Shown here one piece after another: positions 40,860 to 49,549 of a stretch of DNA of 64,000 nt. The notes below the pieces were generated by a model. The model was given only the letters and a program-made list of their open reading frames with translations. It had not been told where the DNA came from and did no database searches. Every line of letters begins with the position of its first letter. Position 1 is the first letter of the stretch. This DNA comes from an uncultured Mycoplasmatota bacterium. Lineage in GTDB: Bacteria; Bacillota_I; Bacilli_A; RF39; UBA660. The stretch is from NCBI GenBank assembly GCA_946414095.1, contig CAMKNB010000002.1, positions 13,240 through 77,239 on the forward strand. The letters run 5' to 3'. The position numbers and the translations under genes were made by a program.

Positions 40860-41339
40860 ATGAAAAAAAGATTATTTATTTATATTTTTATTTTAATTGC
40901 GTTAGTATCATTTGATCAAATAACGAAATATATAGTTATTAATTCATTCAATGTTAATGATAAATTGATATTAATCAATAATTTTTTAAAGTTTTACTAT
41001 ATACGAAATACTGGTATATCGTTTGGAATGTTAAGCAATCAAAAGTATATTATTATTTTGTTAACATTATTAGTTATTGCTTATGTAATATATGAAACTA
41101 TTAAGAATAAAAAAAACAAGTTAATGATTATATCATCATCTTTAATTATAAGTGGAGCAATTGGAAATTTAATAGATAGAGTATTTAGAGGATATGTAGT
41201 AGATTTTATATCTTTTACTTTATTTAAAAAGGAAATGGCAATATTTAACATAGCAGACATATTAATTACGTTTGGCATAATTTTATATATTTATATTATA
41301 TTAATGGAAGGTAAAAATGAAAGAAATAGTAGTAAATGA
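40860..41339 (+). CDS. lspA: Lipoprotein signal peptidase II
   Basis: DQITK, NTGISFG, GNLIDR, VVDF, FNIAD. Confidence 0.95.
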   Translation: MKKRLFIYIFILIALVSFDQITKYIVINSFNVNDKLILINNFLKFYYIRNTGISFGMLSNQKYIIILLTLLVIAYVIYETIKNKKNKLMIISSSLIISGAIGNLIDRVFRGYVVDFISFTLFKKEMAIFNIADILITFGIILYIYIILMEGKNERNSSK

Positions 41340-42216
41340 AGAAAATAGTTTGAAAAGATTAGATGTATTTTTAACAAATGAATTAGGTGAAAGTAGAAAT
41401 TTTATAATTAAAAATATTAAGAGTGGTAATATCACTATAAATGGAAATGTTGTTAAAAGTGGTTATTCACTTAAAACTGGAGATATTATTAAAATAGGAA
41501 ATCTAAAAGTGGATACCAGTGTTAAAGCAGAAGATATACCAATTGACATCTTATATGAAGATGATGAGATAATGGTTGTTAATAAAAAAAGTGGAATGGT
41601 TGTTCATCCCGGCAATGGAAATTATTCGCATACTTTAGTTAATGCACTTATGAATTATACTGATGATTTAAGCGATGAGGGTGGTAGTGAGAGATGTGGC
41701 ATTGTTCATAGAATTGATAAAGATACATCTGGTATATTACTAATTGCTAAAACAAATGAATCTCACAGAATTTTATCAGATGATTTTAAAAATAAGAGAG
41801 TTAAAAGAAAGTATATTGCTCTTGTTCATGGAGTAATAGAAAATAATAAAGGTAAAATAAATGCTCCGATTGGTAGAAGTAAAATAGATAGAAAGAAAAT
41901 GTGTGTGACTGATGAAAATAGTAAGAGTGCTGTTACAAATTTTACAGTTATAGAAAGATATAAAAATGCAACATTAATTGAACTTATTCTTGAAACTGGT
42001 AGAACTCATCAAATTAGAGTACACATGGAGTATATAAATCATCCTGTTGTAAATGATCCAGTATATGGAAAAAGAAAGATTATAAATGATTATGGTCAAA
42101 TGCTACATGCTAAATATTTAGGGTTTAATCATCCAAAAACACATGTGTTTATGGAATTTTCAGTTGAACCTGAAAAAGAATTTATGGAAATATTAGAGAT
42201 GTTTAAAAATTCATAA
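41317..42216 (+). CDS. rluD: RluA-family pseudouridine synthase (RluD-like)
   Basis: S4 domain, HRIDKDTSG, TGRTHQIR. Confidence 0.9.
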   Translation: MKEIVVNEENSLKRLDVFLTNELGESRNFIIKNIKSGNITINGNVVKSGYSLKTGDIIKIGNLKVDTSVKAEDIPIDILYEDDEIMVVNKKSGMVVHPGNGNYSHTLVNALMNYTDDLSDEGGSERCGIVHRIDKDTSGILLIAKTNESHRILSDDFKNKRVKRKYIALVHGVIENNKGKINAPIGRSKIDRKKMCVTDENSKSAVTNFTVIERYKNATLIELILETGRTHQIRVHMEYINHPVVNDPVYGKRKIINDYGQMLHAKYLGFNHPKTHVFMEFSVEPEKEFMEILEMFKNS

Positions 42217-42673
42217 AATATACAGTTGTCATTAATATAAATGCATATATACCATATATAATATAAGGTATCAAAAAATAAGAAGCAGTTTTTGATATCT
42301 TTTTTGTTTCTATATACAAAAATATAGTTGATAAACTAACTATAGTTGTAATTGCAAAACCTAAGAATGGACTCATTAATTTAAAGAAAAAGAATACAAA
42401 TAATTGATTAGCTAAATAATTAGTAAGCAGAATATACAAGTAGTCATTATTCTTAAGTATATTTGTTTTTTTAGATACTAATATTATACTAATAGTATTT
42501 AATATATAAATAATAAACCATATGATACTTATTATTTTTCCATCAAGAGCAAAACTAGGTAGTTTTAATAGAGAATAATAATCCTTATTAAATTTGAATA
42601 ATAAGCCGCTTATAAGCCAAAATAATAGTATTATAATAAATAAAAGTACATCTTTAAAATATTTTTTTATAAT
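42203..42673 (-). CDS. TspO/MBR family membrane protein (start uncertain, possibly ATT/ATA)
   Basis: Y..LKLPSFA, W..IY, FF.L.SP, L.PY..Y..YA; 5 TM. Confidence 0.72.
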   Translation of the reverse strand: MIKKYFKDVLLFIIILLFWLISGLLFKFNKDYYSLLKLPSFALDGKIISIIWFIIYILNTISIILVSKKTNILKNNDYLYILLTNYLANQLFVFFFFKLMSPFLGFAITTIVSLSTIFLYIETKKISKTASYFLIPYIIYGIYAFILMTTVYFMNF

Positions 42674-42736
42674 TATCACCTCTTTACTAATATTATGATT
42701 AATAGTAAAATAATATTATTGGAAAGGAATAAAATA

Positions 42737-43873
42737 ATGAATATAAAGATTAATAAAAAGGATGATATAGTACTTAAAATATTACATTATTTTATAACAG
42801 AAGAGGATTATAAACCTGTTATAATTAATGGACTTGATAATGAAATATGGCTTGAGAATATGGAAAAGGATTTAAAACTTATTAGAATAAATAATAATTA
42901 TATACATAATAATGAACAATTAAAAACAGATACGTTTAAGGCAAAAAGTATCATGAAGAGTATTAAAAAAAGCACATTTTCATTTAATATGAATATGTTA
43001 AATTTGCTTCTTGATACTGGAGATGCTGTTAAAATAGTTGACAATAAGAATATTGAGACAATTAAAGTAGACAAGATTAGTGATTTTAAAACAAACAAAG
43101 TAGTTAGTGAATTTTTTCCTAAAGTAAAAGAATCTGTTTTAACTGAAAAGATTGATCCTATTGAATTTTTTAAGTTAACTGAAGATATGAATCAAAAAAC
43201 CATTAAGAATGAAAAGAAATTACAAAAGATATTTAGCCAAAAGAAACCAACTGCTACTTATACATTAATCGTTATTAATGTAATGATTTATTTGTTCTTA
43301 ACATTATATGATAAAAGTGGTACGATTGGGTATTTACTTGCTAACAATAGAATACTTGTTAAATCTGGTGAATTTTATAGATTATTTACTTCTATGTTTG
43401 AACATGTTGATTTTTGGCATTTAGTATTTAATATGTATGCATTGTTTGTAATAGGTCCTCAAGTAGAAAGATATTATGGTAAATTAAAATACTTACTTAT
43501 ATATTTTGTAAGTGGATTACTTGGAAGTTTATTCTCGTGTGTATTTATGGGAGATTTGTCATTTAGTTTAGGAGCATCAGGTGCAATATTTGGTTTGCTA
43601 GGAAGTATCGCATACTTTACTTATTATTATAGAGCTACTTTACAAGGATTACTTAGAAGCCAAGTTATTCCAGTTATAATATTAAACCTATTTATTGGAT
43701 TTATAATACCAAGCATAGATGTATCTGCACATTTAGGAGGACTTTTTGGAGGACTTTTAACATCTATGGCAATTGGAATAGGTGATAAGGGTAGAAAGAC
43801 TGATCAAATTAATGGAGTGGTTGTTCTCTTATTAATGACAGCATTTATGATATATTTATTAATAACTAGGTGA
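42737..43873 (+). CDS. Rhomboid intramembrane serine protease (GluP-like)
   Basis: HLVFNM, GASG, AHLGG. Confidence 0.92.
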   Translation: MNIKINKKDDIVLKILHYFITEEDYKPVIINGLDNEIWLENMEKDLKLIRINNNYIHNNEQLKTDTFKAKSIMKSIKKSTFSFNMNMLNLLLDTGDAVKIVDNKNIETIKVDKISDFKTNKVVSEFFPKVKESVLTEKIDPIEFFKLTEDMNQKTIKNEKKLQKIFSQKKPTATYTLIVINVMIYLFLTLYDKSGTIGYLLANNRILVKSGEFYRLFTSMFEHVDFWHLVFNMYALFVIGPQVERYYGKLKYLLIYFVSGLLGSLFSCVFMGDLSFSLGASGAIFGLLGSIAYFTYYYRATLQGLLRSQVIPVIILNLFIGFIIPSIDVSAHLGGLFGGLLTSMAIGIGDKGRKTDQINGVVVLLLMTAFMIYLLITR

Positions 43874-43878
43874 GAGTT

Positions 43879-44349
43879 ATGAGGGGGTATAAGGCATTAA
43901 GAGAAGGATTAATAAATAGATATGGATATCAATATTTATTAAATAAGAAATATAGATTGAATGGTAATCTTAAATGGAGAGAGAATGGTTTTCATTTTTG
44001 TACAAGACCAGAAGATACACTAAGATATGTTGATTCATGGAATGATAATATAGTAGTAACTGAAGTAGAAGCAAGCGGTGATTTAGTACTATATGAAGAC
44101 GAATACTATGGATACTATGATATGTATGCATCAAGTGAAATGAAAATACTTAGAGTTCTTTCTAGAGAAGAATTATTTGAAATTATTTATAATAGTAATA
44201 ATGATGATAGAGTAAGAAGACTTGTTAGTTCAATTGAATTAACTTCTAATGAAATAAATCTTATAAAAGAAAAATATCCAAGAGTTATACCAACTATTGA
44301 ATATTATCAAAATGAAGAAATGATTTTAAAATTAAAAAAGCAGAATTAA
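43879..44349 (+). CDS. Hypothetical protein with a phage-associated GYK...GFHFC domain
   Basis: GYKA...ENGFHFC..PED.L.Y...EVEASG...S.MKILR. Confidence 0.6.
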   Translation: MRGYKALREGLINRYGYQYLLNKKYRLNGNLKWRENGFHFCTRPEDTLRYVDSWNDNIVVTEVEASGDLVLYEDEYYGYYDMYASSEMKILRVLSREELFEIIYNSNNDDRVRRLVSSIELTSNEINLIKEKYPRVIPTIEYYQNEEMILKLKKQN

Positions 44350-44361
44350 TTGTTCTGCTTT

Positions 44362-44979
44362 TTATATCTTTCTATAAAGCCCAATTGCTTTACCAAGGAT
44401 AGTTACATTATTTAATATGATTGGTTCTAATAAGTCGTTTTCAGGTTGTAGTCTAATATGACCATTTTCTTTATAAAATCTCTTTAATGTTACTTCATTG
44501 TCATCTGTCATTGCAACAACAATTTCACCATTATTAGCATTAGGTTGTTTTTTAACAATAACAATATCATTATCAAGTATCCCAGCATTAATCATACTTT
44601 CACCATTTACTTCTAATGTAAATACCTCAGTATTATTTGGCACTAATTCTTTTGGTAAGTTAAAAAACTCATTAGGATTTTCGATTGCTTCAATAGGATT
44701 ACCAGCTGCTACTTTTCCAAGTAGTGGAACTTCAATTACGTTGTCATTCTTTTTGATATACTCATTTTCTACATTTAACTCAATTGTTCTAAATTTGCTT
44801 TCAGTTTGACTAATATATCCTTTGTTAGTTAGATTTTTTAAATGTACAAACATAGTTGCAGTACTACTTAAATTACATAATTTACATAGTTCTCTTATAG
44901 TAGGTGCATATCCTTTTTCTGCAATAAATTTCTTGATTACCTTCAAAATTTCTTCTTGTTTACTAGTTAATTTTTCCAT
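44362..44979 (-). CDS. lexA: SOS repressor LexA
   Basis: PTIREL, VAAG cleavage site, GESM Ser, TLKR Lys. Confidence 0.96.
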   Translation of the reverse strand: MEKLTSKQEEILKVIKKFIAEKGYAPTIRELCKLCNLSSTATMFVHLKNLTNKGYISQTESKFRTIELNVENEYIKKNDNVIEVPLLGKVAAGNPIEAIENPNEFFNLPKELVPNNTEVFTLEVNGESMINAGILDNDIVIVKKQPNANNGEIVVAMTDDNEVTLKRFYKENGHIRLQPENDLLEPIILNNVTILGKAIGLYRKI

Positions 44980-45036
44980 ATAATCACTTCCTAATACAAT
45001 AATAGCACACAAACAAATGATTGTAAATATTGTTTT

Positions 45037-46935
45037 TTAATTTAATAAAACTTTTATTATTGAGCCTTGTTTAGCTCTTGTATTAAATCTAGGATTTGAG
45101 TCAATTACTTTATCTCCATTGCCTACAAATTCTACTTTAAAATCTTTTAAAAGTGATTTAGCTTCTTTTTTAGTTGCACCAATTAAATTAGGAATCATTA
45201 TATAAATAGTATCATCCCATCTATACGATTTAGGAAGACCAGTAGTATCTTCTTTAATATCATAAATAGATATTATATCTTCTAATACTTTTTTTGCTAT
45301 TGGAGCACTTGCAACACCACCATATTGTGTAACTCCATGTGGATTATCAAGTGCAATATATATTACATATTCAGGATTATTTGCACTTAAAAATCCAATA
45401 AAAGACAAAACATAGTTTCCACTCATATAAGTTCCATTATCACCAACTTTTTGGGCAGTTCCTGTTTTTCCTCCAACTCTATAATTTTCTATATATGCAT
45501 TTCTACCACTACCATTAGCAACAACACTTTCAAGAGCATATCTAACTAATGAACTTGTTTCTTCACTAATTATATTTTCTTTTTTAATTCTGGGATAATT
45601 CTTATTTTCACCAACTTTTGAAACTATATATGGAGTATATAAAGTACCACCGTTAATTATTGCAGATACTGCAGTTACTTGTTGAATTGCTGTAACACTA
45701 ATACCTTGACCAAATGCTGTAGTAGCAAGTTCTACTGGACCAATTTTCTCCATATCAAATAATATTCCTGTTGCTTCGCCTGACAAATCTATACCAGTTT
45801 TTCTTCCAAATCCAAGTTCACGAATGTATTTAAATAATTTTTCTTTTCCTAATTTTTGTCCTAAAGTAACAAAACCTGGATTGCATGAATTTTCTACAAC
45901 TTGCACATATGTTTGAAGTCCATGTCCTTTTCTTTTCCAACAATGTAGAGTAGAAGAAGCAACTTTTATTTTTCCTGTATCATTATAAGTATCTTCAAAA
46001 ATATTAACAACATTTTCATTAATAGCAGAAGCCAGTGTAACAATTTTAAAAGTTGACCCAGGTTCAAAGTTAGACCATATTGCCAAGTTTCTATTTATTA
46101 TTTCTTCACTATAATTTTTATAGTTATTTGGATCAAATGATGGCAAAGAACTCATTGCAATTATTTCACCAGTTTTAGCTTTCATAACAATACCAATTGC
46201 CCCTTTAGCATTATATTTTTTGTATGCGTTATAAAGTTCATTTTCTAGTGATAATTGAACATCCAAATCAATAGTTAAATTAATATCTTTTCCAGAAATA
46301 GGGGTTTCATATATTTCAGATAGTTTTAATCTTTTTCCTTTACCATCACTATAATACTTAACATTACCATTTTTACCTGTTAAATCTTTATTATATTTAA
46401 GTTCAAGTCCACTTAATCCTTGATTATCTATTCCGGTAAATCCAATTACATGTGATAATAAATTATTATATATATAATTACGTTTACTTTCTTTTAGAAG
46501 GTAAACTCCATCAAAGTTTAAATTATTAATTTTGTCAGCGATGTCAAAACTCAAATTTCTTCCTTCTGGATGAACTCTTTCAATTGAAGTTTTTTTTGCA
46601 ACATGTCTATACATTTCTTCATAGCTAACATTTAGTATACTGCTTAATTCTTTTGCTACTTCTTCTTTATTTATTATTTGATTTGGAACTAAATATAATC
46701 CAACTGTTGTAATATTATCAACAATAATTTTACCATTTCTATCTAGTATTTTACCTCTATCAGCTTGTACCGTTAAATTTCTACTCCATAGTTCATTAGC
46801 AAGTTTATTTAACTTTTTATATTCTATAACTTGAATATAAAAAATCTTTATTATTACAAAAATAAAGATTAATATGCAAAATAAGAATACATATTTTATT
46901 CTTATGTTTTGTTTAGTTTGAAACATATTATTCAC
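45037..46935 (-). CDS. spoVD: Class B penicillin-binding protein, SpoVD type
   Basis: WSRNL...RGKILDRNG, EPGSTFK, NSCNPGF, KTGTAQK; PASTA tail. Confidence 0.82.
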   Translation of the reverse strand: MNNMFQTKQNIRIKYVFLFCILIFIFVIIKIFYIQVIEYKKLNKLANELWSRNLTVQADRGKILDRNGKIIVDNITTVGLYLVPNQIINKEEVAKELSSILNVSYEEMYRHVAKKTSIERVHPEGRNLSFDIADKINNLNFDGVYLLKESKRNYIYNNLLSHVIGFTGIDNQGLSGLELKYNKDLTGKNGNVKYYSDGKGKRLKLSEIYETPISGKDINLTIDLDVQLSLENELYNAYKKYNAKGAIGIVMKAKTGEIIAMSSLPSFDPNNYKNYSEEIINRNLAIWSNFEPGSTFKIVTLASAINENVVNIFEDTYNDTGKIKVASSTLHCWKRKGHGLQTYVQVVENSCNPGFVTLGQKLGKEKLFKYIRELGFGRKTGIDLSGEATGILFDMEKIGPVELATTAFGQGISVTAIQQVTAVSAIINGGTLYTPYIVSKVGENKNYPRIKKENIISEETSSLVRYALESVVANGSGRNAYIENYRVGGKTGTAQKVGDNGTYMSGNYVLSFIGFLSANNPEYVIYIALDNPHGVTQYGGVASAPIAKKVLEDIISIYDIKEDTTGLPKSYRWDDTIYIMIPNLIGATKKEAKSLLKDFKVEFVGNGDKVIDSNPRFNTRAKQGSIIKVLLN

Positions 46936-46978
46936 CTAAATAATTATATTCAAAAAAAAGAAACTAAATACTTAGTTT

Positions 46979-48931
46979 CTATGCTCCAACTTTTGGTTGT
47001 TCCACTATTACATTTGAATTTACTGTTGGCTCTGGTGGAACTAAAGTTTCAAAATTAACATTTGCTGTAGGACCAATAGGTTCAAATCCAGGAGGAGTAG
47101 GTGATAATATCTCATTACTACTACTTCCTGATGTTGGTAGTACAGGTAATTCTTGAGAAATAGTAGCTGCTACAGGTTTAGCAGTAGCTACAGGTTTAAC
47201 TTCTTCAGGTTTAGCAACAGTAGCAGGTTGAATAGTAGCTACAGGTTTAACTTCTTCAGGTTTAGCAACAGTAGCAGGTTGAATAGTAGCTACAGGTTTA
47301 ACTTCTTCAGGTTTAGCAACAGTAGCAGGTTGAGCAGTAGCTACAGGTTTAACTTCTTCAGGTTTAGAAGCAGTAGCAGATTGAGCGGTAGCTACAGGTT
47401 TAACTTCTTCAGGTTTAGCAGCGGTTACAGGTTGAGCAGTAGTTACAGGTTTAACTTCTTCAGGTTTAGTAACAGCAGCAATTTGAGCGGTAGCTACAGG
47501 TTTAACTTCTTCGGGTTTAGCAGTAGTAGTAGGTTGAGCGGTAACTACAGGTTTAACTTCTTCGGGTTTAGCAGTAGTAGTAGGTTGAGCGGTAACTACA
47601 GGTTTAACTTCTTCAGGTTTTGTTTCAGCTTTAACTATTTCTTGATTTTCTTCTTTAGGCTTTATCTCTTCACCATCTATATTTTTACCTTCTTTTAAAT
47701 TCTTTTCAACTTCATCATAGAATGCATTATGAATTGCTAAGTCATTTTCTAAATCAACTAATTTTAATATTTCATCAAAATTAGTTTCACCTAAAACTAC
47801 TTTTTCAAGGCCATCTTCTAAAAGAGTATGAGTATGAGCATCAATATATACTTGCTTTCTCATAACATCTTTTGGTTCGGCGTTTGTGATACCTGTTCTA
47901 ACTTCATCTGTAATTACCAAAACTTCAGCAATACAAATTCTTCCTTTATAGCCTTTAAAGCAATGTTCACATCCATCAGGATTTATATCATATATTTTAT
48001 CTACATCTTTGTGTAGTACTTTTCTAAATAATTGTTTTTCATAGTCGTTTGTTTCTCTTGTTATTCTACAATTAGGGCATAATTTTCTTGCAAGTTTTTG
48101 AGAAATAACACCATTAAGTGAAGTACCAATTAAATATCTTTCTACACCCATATCAGTAAGTCTTTCAATAGTATTTAATGCACTATTTGTGTGGATTGTA
48201 GATAATACTTTGTGTCCAGTAATAGAAGCTCTAACTGCAATACTTGCTGTTTCACCATCACGAATTTCTCCGATCATTATGATATCTGGGTCTTGACGAA
48301 GGATACTTCTTAAAACAGTTGCAAAATCTAAACCAATTTCCTGTTGCGCTTGAACTTGGTTTAATCCTTCAACTTCCATTTCGACTGGATCTTCAACAGT
48401 GATAATATTAACTTCACGAGTATTTAATCTTTGTAAGATAGAGTAAACGGTAGTAGATTTACCAGAACCAGTAGCACCAGTAACAAGTACTATACCATTT
48501 GGCATATCTATCATTTTCATTATTTTCTTTAAATTATGTTCAGAAAACCCTAAAGTTTCTAAACCTTGTAAACTTTTTGAATAGTCTAAAATACGAAGAA
48601 CGACTTTTTCTCCTGTATGAGTAGGTAAACTTGAAACACGAAGGTCAAGCATCTTATCGCCAATTTTACTTTTGATAGCTCCATCTTGAGGTAATCTTGT
48701 TTCCATGATGTTCATACTAGCTATCATTTTGATACGTGAAATCATATTTCTCTTGAAATCAGCAGGTACTTTAGCATAATCATATAAAACACCATCGACA
48801 CGCATTCTAATGTTAATTCCATCTTTAGTAGGGTCGAAGTGAATATCGCTGGCACCTTTTTTTACGCCATCAAGAAGGATTTCGTTGGCAATCTCTACAA
48901 TAGGCACTTTCTCGAAATCAAATTCCTTCAT
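46979..48931 (-). CDS. pilB: Type IV pilus/GspE-family assembly ATPase (PilB-like) with a repetitive C-terminal tail
   Basis: ASDIH, GATGSGKST, TVEDPVE, LRQDPD.IMIGEIRD, STIHTN, CPNC...CEHC. Confidence 0.85.
   Translation of the reverse strand: MKEFDFEKVPIVEIANEILLDGVKKGASDIHFDPTKDGINIRMRVDGVLYDYAKVPADFKRNMISRIKMIASMNIMETRLPQDGAIKSKIGDKMLDLRVSSLPTHTGEKVVLRILDYSKSLQGLETLGFSEHNLKKIMKMIDMPNGIVLVTGATGSGKSTTVYSILQRLNTREVNIITVEDPVEMEVEGLNQVQAQQEIGLDFATVLRSILRQDPDIIMIGEIRDGETASIAVRASITGHKVLSTIHTNSALNTIERLTDMGVERYLIGTSLNGVISQKLARKLCPNCRITRETNDYEKQLFRKVLHKDVDKIYDINPDGCEHCFKGYKGRICIAEVLVITDEVRTGITNAEPKDVMRKQVYIDAHTHTLLEDGLEKVVLGETNFDEILKLVDLENDLAIHNAFYDEVEKNLKEGKNIDGEEIKPKEENQEIVKAETKPEEVKPVVTAQPTTTAKPEEVKPVVTAQPTTTAKPEEVKPVATAQIAAVTKPEEVKPVTTAQPVTAAKPEEVKPVATAQSATASKPEEVKPVATAQPATVAKPEEVKPVATIQPATVAKPEEVKPVATIQPATVAKPEEVKPVATAKPVAATISQELPVLPTSGSSSNEILSPTPPGFEPIGPTANVNFETLVPPEPTVNSNVIVEQPKVGA
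47179..47620 (-). repeat. 51-bp (17-aa) tandem repeat, 9 copies, in pilB
   Basis: KPEEVKPV(A/V/T)T(A/I)Q unit; ACAGGTTTAACTTCTTC recurs every 51 nt from 47190 to 47598. Confidence 0.95.
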
Positions 48932-49052
48932 ATCTAACCTCTTTCTATTCTATTTAATTATATAATATAATTAATGTTAATTCAAGATAAAAATATTGTT
49001 ATTATTTAGTAAAATATGGTATACTACATTTAGTAGAATAAAGAGGTTAATC

Positions 49053-49547
49053 ATGAATAGAAATGGATTTACATTAGTAGAATTAATCGCAGTAATTGCT
49101 ATAATTGGTATTCTTGCATTACTTGTTACACCAGGAATAATAGCTCTTAGGAATAATGTTTTAAATAGAACTTTAGAAACAAAGGAAGCAACAATTGAAA
49201 ATGCTGCTAAAGATTATGCTATGGATAACTTACAATTATTAAAAAGGCAAGTAACAAACGAAATTAATGTTGGTGATATGGATTTAAATAAATTCAAAGA
49301 ATTATATGAAAAGAATTTAACTGAACTATCAAAAGATTGTACATGGATAACAGTTAATGGTCTTATAAATGGTGGTTATCTAAATGGTAGTACTTCATAT
49401 GTAAATACAGAGGATTATGAGAAAGAGGAACAAATTATTAATCCTGTTAATGGTGAGAGTATGAATGATGTTTTAGTGTGTGTAAGATATGATAATAATG
49501 ATGCGATGAATAGAACTATAGTTTCAATTATTTATAGGGGTGCGTAA
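49053..49547 (+). CDS. Type IV prepilin-like protein
   Basis: NG|FTLVELIAVI; divergent from pilB. Confidence 0.85.
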   Translation: MNRNGFTLVELIAVIAIIGILALLVTPGIIALRNNVLNRTLETKEATIENAAKDYAMDNLQLLKRQVTNEINVGDMDLNKFKELYEKNLTELSKDCTWITVNGLINGGYLNGSTSYVNTEDYEKEEQIINPVNGESMNDVLVCVRYDNNDAMNRTIVSIIYRGA

Positions 49548-49549
49548 TA

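Noticed and set aside
45008-45036. Possible SOS (Cheo) box upstream of lexA (CAAACAAATGATTG)
   Set aside because: Three mismatches to CGAAC-N4-GTTCG in AT-rich DNA; too weak to call
46940-46980. Sigma-E promoter upstream of spoVD
   Set aside because: Plausible by function, but the match is too degenerate in AT-rich DNA and overlaps the pilB terminator hairpin
47153-47698. 181-aa plus-strand ORF of SSYRFNFFRF repeats; the array also superficially resembles a CRISPR
   Set aside because: It is the antisense shadow of the in-frame 51-bp pilB repeat. The 'spacers' are near-identical and no cas genes are present.
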